Below, in pieces: positions 53,715 to 64,000 of a DNA stretch of 64,000 bases (positions within the stretch are counted from its first letter, which is position 1; every line of letters starts with the position of its first letter). Origin of the DNA: an uncultured delta proteobacterium (GTDB lineage: Bacteria; Myxococcota_A; Polyangia; Haliangiales; Haliangiaceae). The stretch is taken from NCBI GenBank assembly GCA_963848295.1, contig CAWKDB010000011.1:544001-608000 (forward strand). The letters run 5' to 3'. The notes beneath the pieces are model-generated. The model was not told the DNA's origin. It made no database searches and worked only from the letters and a program-made list of their open reading frames with translations. The position numbers and the translations under genes are program-made.

Positions 53715-54623
53715 TCAGCCGCGGCGCGCGCGCTTGCGCTCTTCGAGCTCTTCCAAGGTCTTCGGCCAATCCTCTTTGAGTAGCCGCGACAGCGAGCGAT
53801 CGGCGAGCAACCTGCCTTCGGTCTGGCACGTCGGACAGTAGTTCGCCTCGTTGTCGGCGTAGACGATGCGCTGGACCTTGGTGCCGCACACCGGGCACGG
53901 CTGCCCGTACTTGCCGTGCACCGCCATCTCCGGGCGAAACGCGGTGACCTTGTCGGGGAACCCGTCGCCGACGTCGCGGCGCAGCCGGTCGGTCCACAGC
54001 TCGAGCTGCGAGACGCACGCGGCGTGGAGCCGCTCGATCTCGGCGGGCTCGAGCGCGGTGGTGAGTCGGAACGGCGACAGCTTCGCCGCGTGGAGGATCT
54101 CGTCGGAGTACGCGTTGCCGATGCCGTCGAACAGCGTCGGATCGGTCAGCGAGCGCTTGACCGTATGGCGCTCGCTCGTGAGGCGCTCGGAAAACTCGGC
54201 GGCCGTCGCGGTGAACACGTCGAGGCCGCCGCGGTCGAACTCGGCGAGCGCCGCGCGGCCGGCCACGACATGCAGCGATGCGCGCTTCTTGCCGCTCGCC
54301 TCGGTGAACACGAGCGTGCCGGTCGGGAAGTCGAAGCCGGCGAGCGCGAGCTTGCCCGGCAGCTTCGCCTTCGGCTCCTTCCAGCGCAGCCGGCCGGCGA
54401 TCATCAAGTGGATCACGATGTAGCGTTGGTCGCTGACGCCGATCGCGATCCGCTTGCCGATCCGCTCGACGCTCTCGACCTTCGCACCGATCAGGTCCTT
54501 CGGCGCTGGCGACACCGTGCGCAGCACGAACGGGCTCGCGATCCGGATGCCTTCGATCGGCTGGCCGATCGTCAGTGCGCGCAGGCGCTCGACGTAGACC
54601 GTGACGTCCGGTAGCTCGGGCAC
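53715..54623 (-). CDS. Fpg/Nei family DNA glycosylase/AP lyase (Fpg2/MutM2-like)
   Basis: N-terminal PELPDV, RIGK, HLMIAG, H2[13 protein letters not shown], zinc finger CPVC..CPTC. Confidence 0.93.
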   Translation of the reverse strand: MPELPDVTVYVERLRALTIGQPIEGIRIASPFVLRTVSPAPKDLIGAKVESVERIGKRIAIGVSDQRYIVIHLMIAGRLRWKEPKAKLPGKLALAGFDFPTGTLVFTEASGKKRASLHVVAGRAALAEFDRGGLDVFTATAAEFSERLTSERHTVKRSLTDPTLFDGIGNAYSDEILHAAKLSPFRLTTALEPAEIERLHAACVSQLELWTDRLRRDVGDGFPDKVTAFRPEMAVHGKYGQPCPVCGTKVQRIVYADNEANYCPTCQTEGRLLADRSLSRLLKEDWPKTLEELEERKRARRG

Positions 54624-54630
54624 GCGCTCG

Positions 54631-55507
54631 TCATTTCTTTTTCGACGCGGTCTTCTTCTTCGGCGCCGCGTCTTCCGCCGCGACCTCGCCCTTCGACTCC
54701 GCCGCGATCGCCGGCTTGCGATCGGCGTCGCCCTTGGTCATGCCGAGGCTCGCCTTCAACGCCTCCATCAGATCGATGACCTTGCCGGCCGGAGCCTCGG
54801 GCGCGATCGTGATCTCCTGACCTTCGACCTTCTTGTTGATCAGCTCCATCATCCGAGCGCTGACCTCGTCCTTGTACTTCGCGGGCGAATACGTCTCGTG
54901 CGCGATCTGCTCGATGATCTGCTTCGCGAGCGCGATCTCCGCGGGCTTGCTCTCGGGCAGCTCGGGAATCGGCACCTCGGACCACGGCTTGATCTCTTCG
55001 TTGTAGCGCAGCTGGTGCAGGATCAGCCCGTTGTTGAACGGCCGGACGCTCGTGATGTATTGCTTGCCGCGCGCCGAGTACGACGCGATGCCGACGAGCC
55101 CGGTCTCGAGCATCGCGTCGTGCAGTAGCTTGTACGCGCGCTCGCCGCCCTTCTCCGGGCCGAGGTAGTAGCTCTTCTCGACCAGCATCGGATCGACCGA
55201 GGTCGCCGGCACGAACTCCTCGAGCTGCGATCGTCTGGGTCGCGACCGCGTCGAGCGCCTTGAGCTCCTCGCCCGACAGCACGACGTATTGGCCCTTCGC
55301 GTACTCGAAGCCTTTGACCGTGTGATCGCGATCGACAACCTCGCCGCACTTGGTACAGATGTACTGTTGCTTGAGACGCGCCCCATCGGCGTCGTGCAGC
55401 ATGTTGAAATGGATGTCGCCGGCCGATTCGTTCGTGGTGAACAGCTTGGTCGGAATCGACACCAGGCCAAACGAGATCGTCGCGGTCGCGATCGAGCGTG
55501 CGGGCAT
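54631..55507 (-). CDS. ku: NHEJ DNA end-binding protein Ku; net +1 frameshift near 55228
   Basis: [42 protein letters not shown]; halves in ORFs 54572..55507 and 54631..56022. Confidence 0.93.
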
Positions 55508-55527
55508 GATCGAAATTGTACCGGGCG

Positions 55528-58148
55528 ATGAAGGACGATCCTAAAGAACCCAAGGCAGACGTGGGCCCCAAGCGGAGCGAGCCGGCGGACGCCGGCGAGC
55601 GGGGCCTGGACCGCTACCGGGCGAAGCGCACCGCGGGATCGACACCTGAACCGATGGCCAGCAGCCCAGCGGCCGTGGCGAAGGGCCCGCGCATGTTCGT
55701 CGTGCACCAACACGACGCGACGCGCATGCATTGGGACCTGCGGCTCGAGATCGACGGCGTGCTGTGCTCGTGGGCCGTACCGAAACCGCCCACGCTCGAT
55801 CCCGAGATCAAGCGGCTCGCGGTCAAGGTCGAGAATCATCCGCTCGAGTACGTCCACTTCGAGGCGGTCATCCCGGACGGCAACTACGGCGCCGGGCCGA
55901 TGATCGCGTGGGACCGCGGGTTGTTCCGCCCACTGATCGATCCGGCCCAGGGGTTGCTCGACGGCGAGATCAAGTTCGAGCTCTATGGCTACAAGCTGCG
56001 CGGCGGGTTCACGCTCGTCCACACCGGCAAGGGCACGCGCGGCAAGTTCTCCGGCCGCGGCTCGAACGACTGGCTGCTGATCAAGAAGCGCGACGCCCCG
56101 GCCGAGGCATTCCTCGCGGCCGGCGAGCCGCTGTCCGACGCGTCGGTGTTATCCGGCCTCACGGTCGAGGAGCTCGGCGCCGCGGGCGCCGCGGGCGCGC
56201 GCCGTCGAGCAGGCACTCGCCGGGCTCCCGAAGCGCTCGATCGCGGTCGGCTCGGTCGAGCCGATGTTGTGTCACACCGCGGAGGCCGCGTTCTCGTCGC
56301 CCGACTGGGTGTTCGAGCTCAAGTATGACGGGTTCCGGCTGATCGCGTATGGCGGCGCCGGCAAAGCCGAGCTGCGCTATCGCTCGGGCCTCGACCCGAC
56401 CGATCGCTATCCCGAGCTGACCTCGCGCGATCCGCGCGCTGCCGGTCGCCGACCTCGTGCTCGACGGCGAGCTCGTGATGCTCGATGCCGACGGCAAGCC
56501 GAACTTCGGCAAGCTGCAGGAGCGCGCGCAGATCGCGAAGGCCTCCGAGATCCAGCGCGCCGCGCTCGCCACGCCGGCGACCTACGTCGTGTTCGATCTG
56601 ATCGGCGCCGCCGGGCACGACCTGCGCGATCGCCCGCTCGTCGAACGCAAGGCGCTGCTCCAGCAGCTGGTGCCGAACGTGGGCCCCTTGCGCTACGGCG
56701 ATCACATCGCCGAGCACGGCGAGGCGTTGCTCGCGCAGGTCGTCGCGCGCGGGCTGGAAGGCGTCGTCGCGAAGAAGGCGCGCTCGCCGTATCGGGCGAC
56801 ACGGTCGCGCGACTGGCTGAAGCTCAAGCGCGATCCCGAAGCCGACTTCGCGGTGTGCGGCTACACCGCGCCGAAGGGCTCGCGCACCGGGCTGGGCTCT
56901 CTGCACCTGTGCGTGTGGCACGACGAGCGCTGGCTGTGGGCGGGCAAGGTCGGCTCCGGGCTCGACGACAAGCTGCTCGAGTCGTTGACCGCCGAGCTCG
57001 CCGCCAAGCCCACCTGGCAGCCGACGTTCCCCAAGCCGGAAGGCTCGAGCGACGCGCGCTGGATCGAGCCCGAGCTCGTCGTCCAGGTCCGGTACCGCGA
57101 GTGGCCGGTCGAATCGTCGCTGCGCTTCCCGGTGTTCGAGCGCCTGCGCCGCGATAAGGCCGCGCGTGATTGCACGATGCCGATCCGGCGCACGGGCGAG
57201 GAGGCGCCCGAGCCGGACGTCGAGGTCGAGCACGACGTGCCGACCCGCGAGCTCCGGCTGTCGAACTTGAAGAAGGTGTTCTGGCCCGCGGACGGCGAGA
57301 TCGCGCCGATCACGAAGGGCGAGCTGATCGACTACTACCGCTCGATCGCGCCGTACGCGCTGCCGTATCTGCGCGACCGGCCGACCGTGCTGACCCGTTA
57401 TCCCGATGGGATCACGGGCGAGATGTTCTATCAAAAGGATCTGCCGGCGTGGACGCCGCCGTGGCTGCGCACGACGACGTTGTGGAGCGAGCACAGCCAG
57501 CGCGAGATCCACTACCTGTTGCTCGACGACGCGGATGGGCTCGCGTTCGTCGCGAACATGGGGTCGATTCCGATCCACGCGTGGGCGAGTCGGATCACCG
57601 ACCTCGAGCGACCCGATTGGACGATCGTCGACCTCGATCCCAAGAACGCGCCGCGCGAGCACGTCGTGCCGCTCGCGCTCGCGATCCACGCGCTGTGCGA
57701 GGACATCGGGCTGCCGAACTACGTCAAGACGTCGGGCCAGACCGGGCTGCACGTGCTGATTCCGCTCGGCGGCACGTGCAACTTCGAGCAGGCGCGCACG
57801 CTCGCGTATCTGATCGGCATGGTCATCGAGCGCCAGCACCCGACGATGGCGACGACGAATCGCAACCCCGCCGCGCGCGGTGGCCGGGTCTACCTCGACT
57901 GGGGTCAGAACGCGCACGGCCAGCTGCTCGTCGCACCGTTCAGCGTGCGTCCGGTCGCCGGTGCGCCGGTGTCGATGCCGCTGACCTGGGACGAGGTCGT
58001 GCCCGGGCTCGATCCGAAGCAGTTCAACCTCCGCAACGCGCTCGCGCGCGTGCAAGCGTGGCCGAAGGATCCGCTGATCGCCGTCTTGACCGAGCGGCCC
58101 GATCTCGCCGCCGCGCTCTCCGCCCTCGAGAAGTTCGCGAAGGAGTAG
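55528..58148 (+). CDS. ligD: NHEJ DNA ligase D (PE-LIG-POL); net +1 frameshifts near 56190 and 56426
   Basis: PE: VVHQHDATRMHWDLRLE, SWAVPK; LIG: ELKYDGFR, LDGE, EGVVAK, WLKLK; POL: RYPDG, DLDP, KTSG, YLDWGQN. Confidence 0.93.
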
Positions 58149-58655
58149 TTACTTGCCGTACGTCTTCGTCATCTCGCCTTGCGCGACGACGTGGCCCTTG
58201 ATCGCCGCGTCGAGCTCGGGCCTCGTGATGTCGGGCTTGCCGATCGCGGTGTCGAGCGCGTAGACGTGGAACACGTAGCGATGCACGCCCGACGGCGGGC
58301 ACGGCGGCCCGTAGCCGACGTTGCCGAAGTCATTCTTGCCGACGGTCGCTTCCGGCGGATAGTGGTCGCCTCCCAGCATCGGCGATCTCGCGGGCAGATT
58401 GGCCACCAGCCAGTGAATGAACCCCGGCGGCGACGAGTCGAGGTCCTCGACGACGACCGCGAACGTCTTGGTCTGTGCCGGCGCACCCGACCAGGCGAGG
58501 TGAGGCGCCAGCCCGAGCCCTTCGCACGTCTGCTCGCGGAAGAACGCGTCGCCCGAGAAATCGTCGCCATTGATGACAAGCGTCGCCGGCGCACCGCCGC
58601 CCTTGCCACACGCGATGACGACGCTGATCGCGAGGAGGCGTGGCACTGGACCCAT
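58149..58655 (-). CDS. YbhB/YbcL (PEBP) family lipoprotein
   Basis: EDLD..FIHW, GKNDFG..YGPPCPP..HRYVFHVYALD. Confidence 0.92.
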   Translation of the reverse strand: MGPVPRLLAISVVIACGKGGGAPATLVINGDDFSGDAFFREQTCEGLGLAPHLAWSGAPAQTKTFAVVVEDLDSSPPGFIHWLVANLPARSPMLGGDHYPPEATVGKNDFGNVGYGPPCPPSGVHRYVFHVYALDTAIGKPDITRPELDAAIKGHVVAQGEMTKTYGK

Positions 58656-58677
58656 GTGCGCATGATAGCGTGCCGGC

Positions 58678-60426
58678 GTGAAGATCGCCTGCATCGGCGG
58701 GGGACCCGCGGGGCTCTACCTCGGCATCCTCGTCAAGCGTCAGGCGCCCGAGCACGAGGTCGTGATCTACGAGCGCAATCGGCCGGACGACACGTTCGGG
58801 TTCGGCGTCGTGTTCTCCGACGCGACGCTCGATCACCTCGCCGCGGCGGACCCCGAGACCCACGCCGAGATCACGGCGCGGTTCGCGCGCTGGGACGACA
58901 TCGAGGTCCACGTCGTCGCCGGTCCCGGCGGACCGACCGCCACCTCGGTGCTGCGCTCGACCGGCCACGGGTTCTGCGGCCTCGAGCGCAAGGCGCTGCT
59001 CGAGATCCTGCAACGCCGGGCCCGCGCGCTCGGCGTGCGCGTCGAGTACGAGCGCGAAGTCCGCGCGCTGTCCGAGGTCACGGCCGACGTCATCGTCGCG
59101 TGCGATGGCGCCGCGAGCTGGGTCCGCGACGCGCTCGGGCCGCAGCTCGGTCCGAACGTCGACGTCCGGCCGAACAAGTTCGTGTGGCTCGGTTGCACCG
59201 TGCCGTATCACGCGTTCACGTTCATCTTCAAGCCGACGCGGTTCGGGTTGTTCCGCGTCCACGCATATCCGTACACCGCGACCGGCTCGACGTTCATCGT
59301 CGAGTGTCGCGACGACACCTGGCGCGCCGCCGGCCTGCACGAGGCCGACGAAGATCGTACGATCGCGATCCTCGGCGAGATCTTCGCGGCCGAGCTCGGC
59401 GGCGGCGCGCTGGTCAAGAACCGGTCGATCTGGCGCAATTTTCCGACCGTCAAGTGCGCCACGTGGCACGCGGACAACGTCGTGCTGCTCGGCGACGCCG
59501 TGCACACCGCACACTTCTCGATCGGTTCGGGCACGAAGCTGGCGATGGAAGACTCGATCGCGCTGCGCGACGAGCTGCTCGCCGGCGGCGATATCGGCAC
59601 GGCGCTCGCGCGCTACGAGCAACGCCGCCGCCCCGAGGTCTACGCGCTGCAGACCGCAGCGCAGGCGAGCCTCGAGTGGTTCGAGCACACCGAGCGTTAC
59701 CTCGCGATGCCCGCGGTGCAGCTGACTTATAGCTTGATGACCCGGAGCCTGCGCGTATCGCACGCGTCGATGGCGAAGCGCGATCCGGACCTCGCGCGCG
59801 CGGTCGAGCAACTGCTCGCCGATGGGGCCGGCGTGACCGGCCCGGCGCCGGCGCCGACCGCCTGCCCGCTCGTCCTGCCGCGGCTGCGCGCGCGCGGCCG
59901 GATCGTCCATGCGCCCGGTGGCATCTCCGCGCCGCCGAACGCGGTCGCCCACGCGCGCGACGCGGCGATCTCGCTCGTCGACGTTCGCGACGCGAAAGCG
60001 GTCGCCGCGATCCGCATGGCCGGCGGGCTCGCCGCGTTGCGAGTCCCGGCGACGCGTGAAGCCGGCGAACGCGCCGTGCCCGATTGCGATCTCGTCGTGC
60101 TCGATCCCGGGCGCGACCCGCTCGACGTCGAGCTCTTGCCGGCGGCGATCCACACGCTGCGCGCGAGCTACGCCGGAGCGATCGCCGCGGTCGTCCGCGA
60201 GCACCCGGTCATCCCGGGCCACATCGCGCAGCTGCGCCGTGCCGGGGCCGATCTCGCGTGGATCGCCGCGCACGACGACCGCGCGACGCTCGAGCTCGGC
60301 GATCGCATCCGCAACGAGCTCGGCTTTCCAACCGCGGTCATGCTCGCGCGCACGCCGCTCGCCGCGCTCGATGCGACGATCGCCGCCGGTCGCGCCGATC
60401 TGGTCGCGGTGCCCGAGGTCGGGTGA
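58678..60426 (+). CDS. FAD monooxygenase of the salicylyl-CoA 5-hydroxylase/anthraniloyl-CoA monooxygenase family with shortened C-terminal domain
   Basis: GGGPAGLY, DTFGFGVVFSD, GDAVHTAHFSIGSGTKLAMED; DRIRNE..AGRADL remnant. Confidence 0.88.
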   Translation: MKIACIGGGPAGLYLGILVKRQAPEHEVVIYERNRPDDTFGFGVVFSDATLDHLAAADPETHAEITARFARWDDIEVHVVAGPGGPTATSVLRSTGHGFCGLERKALLEILQRRARALGVRVEYEREVRALSEVTADVIVACDGAASWVRDALGPQLGPNVDVRPNKFVWLGCTVPYHAFTFIFKPTRFGLFRVHAYPYTATGSTFIVECRDDTWRAAGLHEADEDRTIAILGEIFAAELGGGALVKNRSIWRNFPTVKCATWHADNVVLLGDAVHTAHFSIGSGTKLAMEDSIALRDELLAGGDIGTALARYEQRRRPEVYALQTAAQASLEWFEHTERYLAMPAVQLTYSLMTRSLRVSHASMAKRDPDLARAVEQLLADGAGVTGPAPAPTACPLVLPRLRARGRIVHAPGGISAPPNAVAHARDAAISLVDVRDAKAVAAIRMAGGLAALRVPATREAGERAVPDCDLVVLDPGRDPLDVELLPAAIHTLRASYAGAIAAVVREHPVIPGHIAQLRRAGADLAWIAAHDDRATLELGDRIRNELGFPTAVMLARTPLAALDATIAAGRADLVAVPEVG

Positions 60427-61589
60427 ACGCGCGCCGCTATCAGCTGCGCAAGGACGCGCTCGCGATCATCGCGCGCGGCCATCCGTGGGTGTTCCGCGAT
60501 CAGCTGTCGACCGCGGCGACCGTGTTTCGCGATGGCCAGTGGCTGCGCCTGGTCGGTGGTGACAACGCGGTCATCGGCTACGGCCTGTACGAAGCCGACG
60601 GCGCGATCGCGATCCGCGTGCTGCGCCGAGGCGGCGCCGCGCCCGATGCGGCCTGGCTGCGCGACACGATCGCCGCCGCGGTCGCCAAGCGCGCGTCGCT
60701 CGTCGAGCACACGACCGGCCTGCGCCTGGTCAACGGCGAGAGCGACGGTCTCCCCGCGGTCGTCGCCGATCGATTCGGCGACACGATCGTCGTCGCGAGC
60801 TACAGCGCGGGCGCCGATGCCCTCGCCCGCTACGCCGCTCATTACTTCGCAGTGACGCCGTCTCCGATCGTCGGCCCGGCGCGCCACGTGATCGTGCGGC
60901 CCGCGCGCCGCCGTCATGCCGACGCGTTGCCGGCGCGCGTGATTCGAGGTGCCCCGCCCGAGGTCGCGCGGTTCCGCGAAGATGCCATCGACTTCGCCGT
61001 CGATCTCATAGCCGGCCACAAGACCGGCGCGTATCTCGACCTGCGCGGACTGCGGCGAGCGGTCGCCGCCTCCTCGCTGGCCGGCGCGCGGGTACTGAAT
61101 CTGTTTTCGTACACCGGCATGCTCGGCCGAGCCGCCGAAGGCGCCGGGGCGGCAGAGATCACGCACGTCGACGAGTCGGCGCGCGCCCTCGCGTTCGGCG
61201 CCGCGCACCACGTGGTCGATCCGGCGCGCCACCGCTTCGTCGAAGGCGATGCGTTCGGGTACCTCGCCACGCTCGATCCGGCCGAGACGTTCGATCTGAT
61301 CATCGTGGATCCGCCATCGATGACGAGCCGGATCGATCAGGTGCCCGGCGTGCTCGCCGCCTATCGCAAGCTCTACACCGCCACGAAGGCGCGCGTGCGG
61401 CCCGGTGGCGCGATCGTCGCGGTGTGCTGTACGAGCCGGGTCGAGCGCGTCGAGTTTCGTCGCACCGTCGGCAGCGCGCTCGGCGGTGCGCTCGCGCTCG
61501 AGTCCGAGCTCGCGCCCGAGCTCGATCACCCGGTCGGCTTTCCGCAGGCCGACTACTTGAAGATCACGGTTTGGCGCGCAGGTCGCTGA
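60423..61589 (+). CDS. RlmI-like class I SAM-dependent methyltransferase
   Basis: GTG 60423 (GTGA overlap); GHPWVF, NGESDGLP, GHKTGAYLD, VLNLFSYTG, DPP, YLK. Confidence 0.9.
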   Translation: MNARRYQLRKDALAIIARGHPWVFRDQLSTAATVFRDGQWLRLVGGDNAVIGYGLYEADGAIAIRVLRRGGAAPDAAWLRDTIAAAVAKRASLVEHTTGLRLVNGESDGLPAVVADRFGDTIVVASYSAGADALARYAAHYFAVTPSPIVGPARHVIVRPARRRHADALPARVIRGAPPEVARFREDAIDFAVDLIAGHKTGAYLDLRGLRRAVAASSLAGARVLNLFSYTGMLGRAAEGAGAAEITHVDESARALAFGAAHHVVDPARHRFVEGDAFGYLATLDPAETFDLIIVDPPSMTSRIDQVPGVLAAYRKLYTATKARVRPGGAIVAVCCTSRVERVEFRRTVGSALGGALALESELAPELDHPVGFPQADYLKITVWRAGR

Positions 61590-61845
61590 GGCGCCGATCC
61601 GGTCGAGTGTCGGTACCAAGCCGAGCTCGATTCACTTCGCGATCGATGAGGCTGATCGGCGAGAGCGACGTCCACCGCGTGCCGCCCGCGCGCGCCCTAC
61701 GACTCGCGAGCTTCGGTCACGACGGTCGGCGCGACCACGTCGCGATCTATTCGGCCGAGAGCGCGCAGGCGGCTGATAGCGTCCGCGCATGCGCGGTAAC
61801 ATTTGACCGCTTGAATATTTCGACGACATCTCCGTAGTACAGGCG

Positions 61846-63261
61846 ATGAATTGGACAGTCCGAGTTGTTACGTGCGCGTTACTGATCGGATGCAAGTCTC
61901 CGACGGCGGCGACGCCGGACGGGGAAAACGTCGGAGATGCGGCCGCACCGTACGCGGTCACGATCGCGGTCGATCGAACGCGATCGGGCATCGCGCTGAG
62001 CTCGAGCTTCGCCGGGCTCAGTTATGAAAAAAGCATGATGACCACGCCGTACTTCTCGAGTACCAACACGGATCTCGTCGGGCTGGTTCGACGGCTCGGC
62101 GGCGGTGGCGTCGTCCGGATCGGCGGAAACAGTGTAGACGCGACCGAATGGAACCACACCGGCCCGGGCCTGACCGCGCACGAAGTGGGTCCACCGGATA
62201 TCGACCGTCTTGCCGGGTTCCTGCGCGCGACCGGCTGGAAAGCCCTGTACGGGATCGACTTCATCACGTCCCATGCCAGCGCAGGAGCAGCCGAAGCAAG
62301 CTATGTCGCGACGTCACTCGGCGACCGGCTCGACCGCTTCGAGATCGGGAACGAGCCCAATGACTATGCCAAGAACGGAGACAAGTCCTCGACCTACGGC
62401 TACACCGACTTCTGCGCTGACTGGGTGCCGTTCGCCACCGCGATCGATGCCGCGGTCCCCGGTGCGGCTCTCAGCGGACCCGGGAGCTCCGGGTTCTCGG
62501 CGGAGACGAGCTACACGATTCCGTTCGCCGCCGACGAGGGGACCCTCATCGATCAGTTGAGCCAACACTATTACGTCGGAGCAGGCACGGACCCGAGCTC
62601 GACGATCAGCAAGATGCTCGCGCCCGATCCGCAGCTCGCCGGGAACCTCACCGAGCTTGCAACCGCGTCGCACGGGCTCGGCGGCTTTCGCATCACGGAA
62701 GCAAACTCGTTCGCCAGCGGCGGCGTCCCGGGTGTGAGCGATACGTTTGCATCGGCGCTGTGGTCGATCGACTTTCTGTTCGAGGTCGCTCAGGCCGGAG
62801 GCGTTGGCGTCAATTTTCATGGCGGCAAGAACGTGTATTCGCCGATCGCGATCGACGACGCGACCAACGTCGTCGGGGTCCAGCCGCTCTATTACGGCAT
62901 CCTGTTGTTCGACGCGGCCGCGGACGGGACGCTGCTCGGCACGAACGTCACCGGCAATGCCAGCGCACTTTCGGCGTACGCGGTCGACGAGGTCGACGCC
63001 ACTACGGTGGCGGTGGTCGTGAACAAGAGCGCCGACGAGACCATCGACGTCGCGATCGACTTCGGACGCCCCGTCGGCGTCACGAGCGTGTTGACCCTCT
63101 CGGCGCCGGCATTGGACAGCACCACCGGTGTGGAGCTCGGCGGCGCTTCCGTGGGCATCGACGGCACCTGGACCCCGGTTGCAATGCCCGCGGCCGTGAC
63201 CGGTTCAATCGCCACGTTCGTGCTCGCTCCGGGAAGTGCGGCGCTCGTGCGCGCGCAATAG
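61846..63261 (+). CDS. GH79-family glycoside hydrolase lipoprotein (beta-glucuronidase/heparanase-like)
   Basis: LIGC lipobox; RIGGNSVD, FEIGNEPN (acid/base), RITEANS (nucleophile), GVSDTFASALW, NFHGG. Confidence 0.88.
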   Translation: MNWTVRVVTCALLIGCKSPTAATPDGENVGDAAAPYAVTIAVDRTRSGIALSSSFAGLSYEKSMMTTPYFSSTNTDLVGLVRRLGGGGVVRIGGNSVDATEWNHTGPGLTAHEVGPPDIDRLAGFLRATGWKALYGIDFITSHASAGAAEASYVATSLGDRLDRFEIGNEPNDYAKNGDKSSTYGYTDFCADWVPFATAIDAAVPGAALSGPGSSGFSAETSYTIPFAADEGTLIDQLSQHYYVGAGTDPSSTISKMLAPDPQLAGNLTELATASHGLGGFRITEANSFASGGVPGVSDTFASALWSIDFLFEVAQAGGVGVNFHGGKNVYSPIAIDDATNVVGVQPLYYGILLFDAAADGTLLGTNVTGNASALSAYAVDEVDATTVAVVVNKSADETIDVAIDFGRPVGVTSVLTLSAPALDSTTGVELGGASVGIDGTWTPVAMPAAVTGSIATFVLAPGSAALVRAQ

Positions 63262-63319
63262 CGGCCGGCGCGTCCTGCTTCGTTTCGGAAGCGATCTGAA
63301 CGCCTCCGGCCGCGAACTG

Positions 63320-63958
63320 CTAGCCGCGGGCTGACTGCGCGGTCAGCCGGCGGTAGCGCGCCAGGTGGTGCAGCGCCCGGCGCAAGGCGAGGTCATTGCC
63401 CGCGCGGCCGAGCCGCTCGAGCAGGCGCGCGAGGTTGTAGTGCGCGTCGGCGAGGGCCGGATCGATCGCGAGCGCGGCGTGATACGCGCCGATCGCCTCG
63501 GCGGTCCGGCCCTGATCCTCGATCGCGACGCCGAGGTTGAACCAGTACAGCGCGACGCCGCGGGCTACAACACCGCACCGCCATTCGGCGGTGCGGCTCG
63601 CGCCGGGCGAGCCGGCGAACGCGCTGCACAGCGCGAGCCGGTAGCAGGCCTCGGCCGCGGCGAGGTCGCCGTGATCGTGGCACAGCCGGCCGAGGTTGTT
63701 GTGGGCGTCCGCGAAGTCGGTTCGGCCCGCGAGCGCCCGGCGGTACGCCGCGATCGCCGCCGCCGGGTCACTCGCTTCGAGCGCGCAGCCCCGCTCGTAC
63801 CAGACCGCCGCGCTCGTCCCCCGGCGCAGCCCTTTGCGCGCCCCGAGCCGGTCGGTCAACGAAAGCAGATCGCCCACGTCCATGACCGTAGCGAAGGGGT
63901 CTGACAAGGTAAGATGCCCAACGTGGGCGACACGCACGGGACCACCCTCAGCATCCAC
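63320..63958 (-). CDS. TPR-repeat protein (start uncertain) with ~20-aa in-frame insert
   Basis: ADAHNNLG, YWFNLG, ADAHYNLA TPR motifs. Confidence 0.8.
   Translation of the reverse strand: MDAEGGPVRVAHVGHLTLSDPFATVMDVGDLLSLTDRLGARKGLRRGTSAAVWYERGCALEASDPAAAIAAYRRALAGRTDFADAHNNLGRLCHDHGDLAAAEACYRLALCSAFAGSPGASRTAEWRCGVVARGVALYWFNLGVAIEDQGRTAEAIGAYHAALAIDPALADAHYNLARLLERLGRAGNDLALRRALHHLARYRRLTAQSARG
63573..63614. repeat. Double palindrome inside the TPR coding sequence
   Basis: CCGCACCGCC-ATTC-GGCGGTGCGG (perfect 10-bp stem) overlapping CGGCTCGC-GCCGG-GCGAGCCG (8-bp stem). Confidence 0.75.
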
Positions 63959-64000
63959 CAGGATGGCAAGAGCGGTCGCGTCGGGCCTCGCCCCGAGCCG

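Overview
A very GC-rich (~70% by eye) chromosomal segment of a myxobacterium. The CTC/TCG-heavy codon style and the STK/PEGA/TPR/HEAT/FG-GAP gene content suggest Myxococcota, probably Kofleriaceae/Haliangiales-like (inference). Left to right: (i) a four-gene module with a candidate sigma54 promoter (two paralogous Cys-rich FG-GAP lipoproteins, a TPR-PEGA protein and a Ser/Thr kinase); (ii) the core tRNA-secE-nusG-rplKAJL-rpoBC cluster, here without tuf and rpmG, with reordered tRNAs and 4 of 5 tRNAs lacking encoded CCA; (iii) accessory genes: tandem Ddl-like ATP-grasp fusion, histidine kinase, HEAT protein, DksA, second kinase, large TPR protein, MOP flippase, an ECF sigma/anti-sigma pair whose putative promoter appears twice, DUF5916, acyl-CoA synthetase, SF1 helicase, DUF362, MBL hydrolase, DUF4139; (iv) an Fpg-ku/ligD DNA-repair locus; (v) YbhB, a flavin monooxygenase, an RlmI-like methyltransferase, GH79 and a TPR gene with an in-frame palindromic insert. 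Five net +1 frameshifts lie between 44.9 and 56.5 kb and may be assembly errors. Non-coding signals include a dispersed ~49-bp repeat (3 copies, two inverted around an IS481-like end), a REP-like direct repeat, and frequent leaderless-type promoters. No CRISPR array, rRNA or intact transposase was seen. No database searches were possible; family calls rest on motif recognition.
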